A stretch of 64,000 nucleotides of DNA from the human T2T-CHM13v2.0 reference genome, Homo sapiens: assembly GCF_009914755.1 (NCBI RefSeq), contig NC_060936.1, one strand, 5' to 3'. Shown one piece after another: positions 19,736 through 46,668 of this stretch (positions within the stretch are counted from its first letter, which is position 1; each line of letters begins with the position of its first letter). The notes beneath the pieces were generated by a model. The model was not told the origin of the DNA. It did not search any database and worked only from the letters and a program-made list of their open reading frames with translations. A program made the translations under genes and the position numbers.

Positions 19736-19933
19736 CTGCATTTATAACACAAAACAATTCCCAAGGCTACTTAATAATTTTCATATTAGAGAAACACACT
19801 TTAACAATCAGGAGCATAACACATGCCACGTTAAAATTCTGAAGATGTCTAAAATATCCAAGTATATCAGAATCAGACTGACAAAGATATTTATTACATT
19901 AATAGTTTTCACAAATACGTTAACCCTGCATTG

Positions 19934-26748
<6,815 letters not shown>

Positions 26749-26878
26749 TAGGCTAGCCATTCTTAAATGCATGTACATATATCCTTAAAAAGCAAAAAGT
26801 AAGGGAAAAAATGGATAGATCTTTTCCCAATAAGTGCTATTCATATTCTAATTTTATGTCCAAAGATCAACCATATTT

Positions 26879-26920
26879 TCAGATGAGATCGAGCGCATTC
26901 AGGGTGGTATGGCTGTAGAC
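26879..26920 (-). pseudogene. 5S rRNA 5'-fragment retropseudogene (nt 1-42), tailless
   Basis: Minus strand GTCTACAGCCATACCACCCTGAATGCGCTCGATCTCATCTGA matches 38/42 to the human 5S 5' end as recalled; flanked by direct repeat GATCAACCATATTTTCA (26865-26881, 26923-26939). Confidence 0.92.
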
Positions 26921-27227
26921 ATGATCAACCATATTTTCAATGCTCTAGATACCTGACACTTAAGTAGAAAATTAACATCATGCTAATATGAACAAATTGG
27001 TCTTTTTCAATACTAGAAATTATCATATTAAAAAATCCTTGCCCCTCAAAATGCAATCTGAGTCAAAATGGCTCAGAGGGAGAATGTCAAGAGGTAGGAA
27101 GATCAGTGAGAGTTAAAATAGTGATGGTCTAAAAGGCAGGAAGAAAGAAGTTCTGAGCTGGGATAGAGAAATGATAGTGGGGTAGTAAAATGGGAAAACC
27201 GTCCCAGATAAGCCAATTAATGATTAC

Positions 27228-27345
27228 CTTTTCTGAAATTAAACTGATTTTACTTTGAAGTTGTTGGAATTCATTGGTTTCTAGTTTCAGTAACTGGTAT
27301 TGGTTTTCCACCTTTGCAAATTTTTCTGACTGCTGAAATACAAAC
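27228..27345 (-). CDS. IKBIP: IKBIP coding exon 2
   Basis: Acceptor TTTTCCAG|G, donor AAG|GTAATC; 118 nt; (W)FVFQQSEKFAKVENQYQLLKLETNEFQQLQSKISLISEK; exons 1+2 = 297 nt = 99 codons. Confidence 0.96.
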
Positions 27346-27443
27346 CTGGAAAAGAAAAGAAAAATCACTATTCTCCAATTCATATCCATTTAAATCCGAA
27401 TTTCAAAGGAGAATTATACCCACTTCTGTTAAGAACAACATAA

Positions 27444-37005
<9,562 letters not shown>

Positions 37006-37450
37006 ACATAATGATCTGTTTTAAGGTTGCAAGTATTTCCATTAGGTATTTATGGGGTGAGTAGGGTGGGGCAGATGTGTCCCGGAATGGGGCACAGCGG
37101 ACAGGAAGTAACGGTTTATAACAACGTGAACGCTTCTGACGTGTAGCGGGAGCTTCAGAAAGCGTGGCCGAATCTGCAGCTCTTAACAAATGGCTCGTTC
37201 CCAAACCTTAGCCTCAACTCCTTCTGAGCGATAGGGGCATGCTACCAGCACGGGGGGAAATGAGATACAAGAAACGCCCGAAAGGGAAAAACAAGGCTGG
37301 GCTGTTTCCTTCCTTTGGGGTCAAGACAGAGGCACAGAAGGCCCAGGTCTGGGAGGTTGGATCACCTCCGGCTGGATGTTGAGCCGGGTGGGAGCCCAAA
37401 CAGCAGGGGGCCCACAGGAGGCCGGCCCAGGCAGCCTCGCGTCCACTTAC

Positions 37451-37629
37451 CAGGCCAGGCCCAGGCACGTCCCCAGCGACAGCAGGCTCAGGCACGTTCG
37501 GGGGTCTGCCCAGCCCCCGCCTCCGCTGCTCCGGGCCACGGGGGTCTTCCCGCCCTCGCTCCGCTTCCCGGGCTCCGCAGCAGGGGCTCCCTTGGGCCCC
37601 GACTTCTTCCGGCTCTTCACCTCAGACAT
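37451..37629 (-). CDS. IKBIP: IKBIP (IKK-interacting protein) coding exon 1: basic N-terminus plus most of the hydrophobic membrane anchor
   Basis: ATG at 37629-37627; translates MSEVKSRKKSGPKGAPAAEPGKRSEGGKTPVARSSGGGGWADPRTCLSLLSLGTCLGLA; ends TG|GTAAGT donor (179 nt, phase 2); recognised IKBIP N-terminus. Confidence 0.97.
37463..37499 (+). promoter_or_regulatory. Second, degenerate p53-like element inside IKBIP coding exon 1
   Basis: AGGCACGTCC (37463-37472) and AGGCACGTTC (37490-37499), each one mismatch from RRRCWWGYYY. Confidence 0.5.
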
Positions 37630-37656
37630 GTCTGGAGACCCTAGGACGACAAGCCC
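37624..37656 (+). promoter_or_regulatory. p53 response element of the APAF1 promoter
   Basis: AGACATGTCT (perfect RRRCWWGYYY) + 13-nt spacer + CGACAAGCCC (1 mismatch); matches the APAF1 p53 element as I recall it. Confidence 0.88.
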
Positions 37657-38161
37657 AGGGCAGCTTCTTCACCAGGGGGAGCAGGACGTGGCCGCCTTGG
37701 CGTTCGTGGGAACCCTGGGCGGTGACCGCGCCCCCTCACAGACTTGGCACCGCCCAGAGCCCAGCCCCTTCCCTCTCCCCGGCATCCTCGTTGCTTCACT
37801 GAGTCTTTCAGCTGCCAGCTCCATAGTTCCCCTAGGAGAGGTGGGCGGCGACCTCAACCCACAGCGCCTTCCACAGCGCCTTCCACTGCGATATTGCTCC
37901 AAATCCGAGGAAATTCAAACTCCCGGGCGCGCGCAGGCCGACGGGACCCGAGGAGGAGGGGCAGGACGAAGGGGTCGCGCGCGCCACGTCGGGCGCGCCG
38001 CCGCTGCCCGAGTCCGGCATTGGTGGGAACGCGGCGCGTCCCTGAGGCTTAGCCACGCCCCGTCCGCGGGGTAGGCGGGCACTTCTACGCGCGCGGGCAT
38101 GAGCCGTGGCAGGAGTGCGCGGCGGCAGCGGTGGCCGCCCCTTGGGGCTTGGGGTGTGTTT

Positions 38162-38169
38162 ATTTGCAT
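38162..38169 (+). promoter_or_regulatory. Octamer motif (POU site) just upstream of APAF1 exon 1
   Basis: Exact ATTTGCAT in an AT-rich pocket of the CpG island. Confidence 0.5.
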
Positions 38170-38229
38170 AAGCGGGCGCGCGCCGTCCGGGCTGGGTGGA
38201 TCCGGCGGGATTTGACTGCTCCGCTGTCC

Positions 38230-38775
38230 AGAGGCGGAGAAGAAGAGGTAGCGAGTGGACGTGACTGCTCTATCCCGGGCAAAAGGGATAGAACCAGAGG
38301 TGGGGAGTCTGGGCAGTCGGCGACCCGCGAAGACTTGAGGTGCCGCAGCGGCATCCGGAGTAGCGCCGGGCTCCCTCCGGGGTGCAGCCGCCGTCGGGGG
38401 AAGGGCGCCACAGGCCGGGAAGACCTCCTCCCTTTGTGTCCAGTAGTGGGGTCCACCGGAGGGCGGCCCGTGGGCCGGGCCTCACCGCGGCGCTCCGGGA
38501 CTGTGGGGTCAGGCTGCGTTGGGTGGACGCCCACCTCGCCAACCTTCGGAGGTCCCTGGGGGTCTTCGTGCGCCCCGGGGCTGCAGAGATCCAGGGGAGG
38601 CGCCTGTGAGGCCCGGACCTGCCCCGGGGCGAAGGGTATGTGGCGAGACAGAGCCCTGCACCCCTAATTCCCGGTGGAAAACTCCTGTTGCCGTTTCCCT
38701 CCACCGGCCTGGAGTCTCCCAGTCTTGTCCCGGCAGTGCCGCCCTCCCCACTAAGACCTAGGCGCAAAGGCTTGG
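38230..38775 (+). other. APAF1: APAF1 non-coding exon 1 (long GC-rich 5' UTR); 5' end approximate
   Basis: Donor CTTGG|GTAAGT at 38775/38776 joins acceptor TGTAG|CTCATGG at 41258; the TSS cannot be fixed from sequence alone. Confidence 0.8.
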
Positions 38776-40307
38776 GTAAGTTGACCTCCTCGCTTTTCTC
38801 CCCGAGCCAGGTTCTTTGGAGGCTTGGTAGCTGATTTCAGGGACTGAGAATTTGAGGACATGGAATATTTGATAACCATCCTGCTCCTGTACCAGGAAGA
38901 GAAATTCTGTAATGAGGAAGTAGTAAACTTGGGGTTTTCGTGGATAAACGTGCGCTGTTTTCTGTTTTACGTCCATGAAGAGTTTTGGCTTTCCATTTTG
39001 TTGTGGGTTACAAAAGGTTTTGAGACTTAGTTCAGATAAGTTGTGCAGTTTTAAAACGTATTTAAGATTTGCATATTTTAGTTTAACAGGACTAGGTGAA
39101 ATTGGAAATTAGTTTCAGAAAACCAGAGTGTCTTATTTGCTTAGCTATTGGACATCACCTAAAAAATTCATTCATTCTTGTTTTTTCACATCGAATTTCA
39201 TTACTATAAATTAAGGAACATTTTATGTTTAAGAGGACAAAAACGTTATTAACATTTTAAAAAATGAGAGTTTTGATTCGAATCAATAACTTTTTATCAG
39301 TTTTGTGCCCCTGCTGGGCATTTTGTAAGCCTTGACAAGCATAGGCAAATGCCCTACGTCCGTCCCTGTTTTTCCAAGTGCTACATTTGGTGACTTCAAA
39401 AACAGTCATTGAAGCTTGATAATTATTGCCCCCTTCTGTGAGCTCCAAGTTACTTGTGCTCTGTTTTTGCACTTCGGGCATTCACATTCCCACTCTCTCT
39501 CTCTTTTTCTTCTTTGAGTAGACTGTGAATTATTTCAGGCAAATGACTCAATCTTTTCTGTAGTCTTGGTGTCTGACATATAGGGAGGGGCACAAATGTG
39601 TATTGAATGAATGAATTGATAAACCCGTTTAGACTCTTTCACTCTATACATTGTGTAAAGTTCTGTTAATGTTTTGAAAACTTGCAGATATTGTGAACTG
39701 GGTTTTATGCCCATGGAAAAATTTGCATTATATTTGAAATAAAGTTGCTAGAAACGTCAAGTATTTTACTATAAAGGCTGTTATTCTTTCCTCATGTCCT
39801 CCTGGTCTGAGAAATCACATCAGAAAGTGTTTCCTGTTGCTTTGTGGGAAATGTGTTTAGCAAGGAGGACCTAGAGCTGACATCCTCCTTGAACGAGAAC
39901 TAATACTCAATAGTAACAATGCTCTATTCACTCTTATGTTTGATAAGGAAAACAAGAAGTCTCTTAATATTAGGACTTCAATGTAATCACTATTTTATAC
40001 AATCTTAATTAAAAAAGGAAGTATTTTATTGTAAGAAATGATAATGTGTGCTAAAAAAAATTGACAGTAGAGGCCGGGCATGGTGGGGCTCACAAGTGTA
40101 ATCCCAGCACTTTCGGAGGCTGTGGCGGGTGGATCACCTGAGGTCAGGAATTCAAGACCAGCCTGGTCAACATGGTGAAACCCCGTCTGTACTAAAAAAA
40201 AAAAAAAAATAAGACAAGGTGGGGGAGAAATCCCAAATTTTGCTACTCAGAAGTAACTCAAACATTTCGATGAATAAACTTCTAAACGTCTATATATATT
40301 CATATGA

Positions 40308-40490
<183 letters not shown>

Positions 40491-41298
40491 TAGTAGAGAC
40501 AGGGTTTCACCATCTTGGCCAGGCTGGTCTTGAATTCCTGACCTCGTGATCCACCCGCCTCGGCCTCCCAAAGTGCTGGGATTACAGGCATGAGCCACTG
40601 CGCCCGGCCCCCACGTTATGTGTTGTATGTGGGATCATGTTTCTGTTTTTTTTTTTTTTTTTTTCAGCAACAGTATTATGAACATCTTTCCATGTCAATA
40701 CATGGAGATATGTGTCATAATTTTGAATGGCTGCATAATATTCCATTTTATATACATACCCTAATTTTTAAAATCTATATTCAGAATGATGGACATTTAG
40801 GTTGCGTTCATCACTGAAACATCCTCCATTAATTCTTTTTTCTTTTTATTTTTTACTCTAGCCTCCCAATGTGCTGGGATTATAGGCTTGAGCTACCACA
40901 CCTGATTGGAAACTCATTAATTCTCCTTGTGGATATTTTTACATATGTATTTGAATGTCTCCTTGAAGTAAATCCTTAGAAATGGGATTTCTGGGTTAGA
41001 GAGAAAGCTTATTTTAAACAATTCCATATCTTACTGCTTTCCAGAAAAATTGCATTCATTTTCTACTTTCCCCAATTAGTGCATAAGAATGGCCATTTTC
41101 TCATACCTTTCCAAGCACTGGGTTTTGTCCATTTAAAAATTTTTGCCAAGGAAAAAAAATCAGTTTTGTTCTTTTTACGTTTCTTGTTTATTAGTGAGAT
41201 TATGTATCTTTTCATATTTTTATTGGCCTGACAAATATTTTGGTGTTTTGGCTGTAGCTCATGGTTGACAGCTCAGAGAGAGAAAGATCTGAGGGAAG

Positions 41299-41436
41299 AT
41301 GGATGCAAAAGCTCGAAATTGTTTGCTTCAACATAGAGAAGCTCTGGAAAAGGACATCAAGACATCCTACATCATGGATCACATGATTAGTGATGGATTT
41401 TTAACAATATCAGAAGAGGAAAAAGTAAGAAATGAG
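41299..41436 (+). CDS. APAF1: APAF1 exon 2 coding part (CARD N-half); exon starts at 41258
   Basis: AAGATGG Kozak; MDAKARNCLLQHREALEKDIKTSYIMDHMISDGFLTISEEEKVRNE; GAG|GTAAAG donor; 138 nt. Confidence 0.98.
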
Positions 41437-41564
41437 GTAAAGCTCTCTGAAGCAGTCCACACTTCCTTAAAAATTTTTAGAATTTCAGAACTTGTACTGG
41501 TCTCCACTACTTTATGTTGCATACATATTCATTGTTGTATACTAAACTACTTAATTTTTTTTAG

Positions 41565-41754
41565 CCCACTCAACAGCAAAGAGCAGCTATGCTGATTAAA
41601 ATGATACTTAAAAAAGATAATGATTCCTACGTATCATTCTACAATGCTCTACTACATGAAGGATATAAAGATCTTGCTGCCCTTCTCCATGATGGCATTC
41701 CTGTTGTCTCTTCTTCCAGTGGTAAAGATTCAGTTAGTGGAATAACTTCGTATG
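41565..41754 (+). CDS. APAF1: APAF1 exon 3 (CARD C-half and linker)
   Basis: TTTTAG|CCC acceptor; PTQQQRAAMLIKMILKKDNDSYVSFYNALLHEGYKDLAALLHDGIPVVSSSSGKDSVSGITSY; G|GTTTGT donor; 190 nt. Confidence 0.96.
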
Positions 41755-42425
41755 GTTTGTATCCATTATACCTTCTATCACTTTGCTATCAAAATTGCTT
41801 TGGGTTTGTCTTATTGTAGATGTAATCTTTTGAAGAGAGTGTGACCAGTTCACTGAAAACTGCATGTTAAAAAAATTGTAGTGATGTTTTCAATTTAAAT
41901 ATTTTTTATTTGCATCCACATTAACTCTCAACTTTTCTTCTTGCCCAGTGAACTGTACTGCTGAGATAATAATATGTCTACCCTAATTTTTAGAGACAAT
42001 AAGACAATTTATAGGCCCTTGTTTATTTTCCAGTTCTATGTGTTTATAGAGTTTATAGGAAAAAATAAGAATCTTTAGAAATATATGTTCTTGAAAGGTA
42101 TTCCATAAATGTTCTTCCTTTTACACTTGCCTTCCCAGTCTTCAATATGAGAGGGAATGAAAAGTCAGGAAATAATTGGGTGAGTAAAGCAGATATAGAT
42201 AGAAACTTCCATTTTCTTTAGTCATCTTGAAGGATATATGTTTGTCTTTGCTCTCTGTTGTCTGAGAAATCAGAAAATTGAAGTTAATATGCTAGCCACA
42301 TTTTCTTAACTTCTCTTGGAAATTTTCAGGCTAAGCCTCAGCTTTGCTCTTTGTTTTTTATGGTATTGCTTCAGTAATTATTCCAAAGTTCTATTCATTC
42401 ATGCTTGTTTTGTTTTGGATTTTAG

Positions 42426-42623
42426 TAAGGACAGTCCTGTGTGAAGGTGGAGTACCACAGAGGCCAGTTGTTTTTGTCACAAGGAAGAAGCTGGTGAATG
42501 CAATTCAGCAGAAGCTCTCCAAATTGAAAGGTGAACCAGGATGGGTCACCATACATGGAATGGCAGGCTGTGGGAAGTCTGTATTAGCTGCAGAAGCTGT
42601 TAGAGATCATTCCCTTTTAGAAG
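42426..42623 (+). CDS. APAF1: APAF1 exon 4 (NB-ARC, Walker A GMAGCGKS)
   Basis: TTTTAG|TA acceptor, AAG|GTAAGT donor; 198 nt; VRTVLCEGGVPQRP...GMAGCGKSVLAAEAVRDHSLLE. Confidence 0.97.
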
Positions 42624-43318
42624 GTAAGTGTCTTAGTCCATTTCATAGTCTAGTAAGGTAGATAGACATGTAAAAATATTATGATATATCAATACGTGAT
42701 AAATTGAATGGTAGAAACAAGTATAAGGTACAGAGTTAGAACAAAGGAAGGATATGTTAACTCTCTGAAGGGAGGGGATGGATAGGACAAGCTTCCTGAA
42801 TGAGATGACATCTTAGCAGGAGTTTGGAGAAAGAATAAAAGTTTGCTAGGCAGTGAAGGTAGGGATGGGAGACTAGGGAAGGTGGGAAAGGTAGTGGGTG
42901 GTTACTGGGGTGGGGAAGGGCATACTGGGTAGAAGAGGGTTTAAGAAATGTTGGCAGGTATACCACTGACCTTAGCGATCCTGGTAGGTTCTCAGGGTAT
43001 TCATCAGGAATAGTTGTATAGCTCCATCAGTTCTAGGCTGCCCCCATTCATCAGTGTGTTCTCATTCATCAGTGTGTTCTCTCTGTATGACACTTCTAGG
43101 GGAATTCAAAGACAGTTCCCAACTTCTAGTAGTTAATAATTTTTTTTTTAGTAGGCCAGGCACGGTGGCTCATGCTTGTAATCCCAGCTGAGGCGTGGAT
43201 CACCTGAGGTCAGGAGTTCAAGACCAGCCTGGGCAACATGGTGAAATCCCGTCTCTACCAAAAATACAAAAAAAATCAGCTGGGTGTGGTGGTGAGCACC
43301 TGTAATCCCAGCTACTCA

Positions 43319-43423
<105 letters not shown>

Positions 43424-44702
43424 TCAAAAAAAAGTTTTTTGTTTTTTTTTTTTTGATATGTATGTATAACATGATCTACGGTTAAGACAGTTTAGACAGA
43501 ATGATTGGAATAAGTAGTAAGCCTCTAAGAGACTTAGAAATATGGAGGCTAGGGTATATCTATGTGTACACATGGCCTCAGTTTAATTTCATAGCCTTTG
43601 TAAGTGGTATAGACTATACTCTTGTCAGAAGTATGCCTGATTCCTAACCCTTGGTTTTTCCCCTCTATCATTACAGAGAAGTTTCCTGAGACTTAGCTCC
43701 TTTCAAGTCTCAGAGCCAAGGATTTTTTTAAGCCCCTACTGCAAAGTTGATCACTAAGGATATTTCAGGATAAATTTAGCTTAAGTTCCTTTAGTGTGAA
43801 GGAATGAGTTTTCCTTTCAATATTATGAACTTTCTTTGTGTATTTATAATATTCCAATTTATAGGTTTAAAAGAACACTCCCTCTCCCCATTTAAATTGC
43901 TCTACATTATTGTGATGAATTTTCAATTCTAGGGATTAAAATTGACTAACAATCTATGGAATTAAATATTCAGGAGTCATATTGTATAAATTGTTATCTT
44001 GGAACAGGTTTTAACTACTTTGTTTTGAGAAAATCCTAGAGATACTGGCAACTGTACATGTGAGCTTAATTCATATTCCTTGTACTTTTGTGGGATCTCA
44101 AGTTCAGAGGACTGAGTTATTCATATTCCTTAGTTCACGGCTTATTATAGTAGATCTGTACTAGGCTGAGCTTTTCACTGTATTTATTTATTTCCATTTC
44201 AAAATTTCCTATTCTTATTTCCTTTCCCCTCTCCATGGACAATCCTAATGTATTTAATGTATGTTCTTTGTAAATGTCTGTGTAAAGTGTGTACTCTTGT
44301 AAAATATGTATGTTGTTGGTATGCAGGTATTTTAAATTTGCATAGATGTTATGGTATTATTCTGTTTTTTATCTCCCATGACACAATGTTTTTAAGATTT
44401 ATCCTTGTTGCTATGTATACATGTTATTTGTTACACCTGATTGCCACCAACCCATTTTACTGCTCATTACCCTAAGTAAATGGATATGTAGATTGTATCC
44501 AACTCTCTGCTGCTGCAGCAAAGCTGGGTTGAACTTCTATGTGAGTAAGAATTTCTTGGGTATTTGTAGCTAGGAGCAAAATTAGTAATTATTTATTTAT
44601 TTTTTTTTTTTTTAAAGAGACAGAGTGTCACCCTGTTGCCCAGGCTGAGTGCAGTGGCCATATCATAGCTCACTGCAGCCTCAAACTTTTAGGCTCAAGT
44701 GA

Positions 44703-44903
<201 letters not shown>

Positions 44904-45583
44904 TGACACACCCAGCTAATTTTTGTATTTTTTGTAGAGTTGGGGTTTTGTCATGTTACCGAGGTTGGTCTCGAACTCCTGAGCTCAAGCAATTCACCCA
45001 CCTTGGCCTCCCAAAGTGCTGGAATTGCAGGTGTAAGCCACCATGCTTGGTGTGTTTTTAAACATTTTTTTGTAGAGACAGGTTTTTGCTATCTTGTCCA
45101 GGCTGGTCTCAAACTCCTGGGCTCAAGTGATGCTCCCGCCTTGGCCTCCCAAAGTGCTGGGGTTACAGATGAAAGTCACCATGTCCAGCCAAAATTACTA
45201 AATGATAGGATATACAAATACCAAATTTGATTCCCCTCCAGTCTGTACATTTCCCCCAGATGAGTATGGGGACTCCGATAATTCTACTTGTGCAGTGACG
45301 GTTGGTATGATCCAGCTTTGTAATTTTTGCCAGGCAAACTTCTATAAAGTTGTATCTTTTACTTTGCATTTCTCTGGTAACTCAAGTTTGAACATTTCTT
45401 CATAAGCTTGTTGTTAGCCTTTTGGGTTTCTTTTTTTATGGATTTTGTTTATATTATTTGTCTATTTTCCATTGGGGTTTCCAATTTTTTTTTCTTTTTG
45501 CTTTTTAGGAGTTTCTTATATATTCTAGACATTAAACTTTGTTGGTTTTAGACTTTTATTTTATTTTATTTTATTTTTTTTGA

Positions 45584-45688
<105 letters not shown>

Positions 45689-46593
45689 TGAGTAGCTGGG
45701 ATTACAGGCACCCACCACCACGCCTGGCTAATTTTGTATTTTTAGTAGAGACGGGGTTTCTCCATGTTGGTCAGGCTGGTCTCGAACTCCCGACCTCAGG
45801 TGATCCCCCTGCCTCGCCTCCCAAAGTGCTGGTATTACAGGCGTGAGCCACTGTGCTCAGCTGGTTTTAGACTTTTAAATACCTTATTTTAATTTGCCAT
45901 CTGATTAATTTTTTTCCTGGGTGTTCTCAGTAGACGAGAACTCTGATGTAGTCAAACTAATCAGTTTTTTTTTTTGTCTTCTAACTTGTGTTTCCTGAGT
46001 TTTGTTCAAGTAGTCCTATTACAGTCTTATTATTCATATTTAGTTCTTTATTCTCTGGAGTCTGCCTTTGTATGTCCACTAATTCAAGAATAGGTGCTTT
46101 CCCAAAGATAAATTTTAATCTCTGGAGTTCACTTCCATTCTCAAATACAGGAACATTGGATTTTTGACATTTAATTGTATTGCAAAACCTTTTCTTTTAA
46201 AAGTACAGATAATATAAGAGATCTAAATTTGATTAAAATTGTGGTTCCTATGGAAATGTTTTCTTTGGGTGGTGATTGGCATAAATTAAAGAATATTAAG
46301 TTGTTAACTTTTAGCTGGGTGTGGTGGCTCGTGCCTGTAATCCCAGCACTCTGGGAGGCCGAGGTGGACAGATCATTTGAGGTCAGGAGTTTGAGACCAG
46401 CCTGGCCAACATGGTGAAACCCCGTCTCTACTAAAAATACAAAAATTTGCTGGGCGTGGTGGCGCATGCCTGTAATCCCAGCTACCCAGGTGGCTGAGGC
46501 ATAAGAATCGCTTGAACATGGGAGGCAGAGGTTGCAGCGAGCCAAGATTGCACCACTGCTCTCCATCCTGGGTGACAGAGTGAGATGCCGTCT

Positions 46594-46597
46594 CAAA

Positions 46598-46665
<68 letters not shown>
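46594..46665. repeat. Poly(A) followed by (TA)~25 at an Alu tail
   Basis: Directly visible. Confidence 0.95.

Positions 46666-46668
<3 letters not shown>

Larger units (their letters stand above)
37230..38810. promoter_or_regulatory. CpG island / bidirectional IKBIP-APAF1 promoter
   Basis: Abrupt GC- and CpG-rich segment spanning both first exons; GC boxes (GGGCGG), GCGCGCGC runs; no obvious TATA; boundaries approximate. Confidence 0.92.

Noticed and set aside
37214-38834. Many overlapping 60-232 aa ORFs on both strands
   Set aside because: Stop-poor GC-rich CpG island; mostly non-ATG starts and low-complexity R/G/P/A products; only IKBIP exon 1 and the noted uORFs have support
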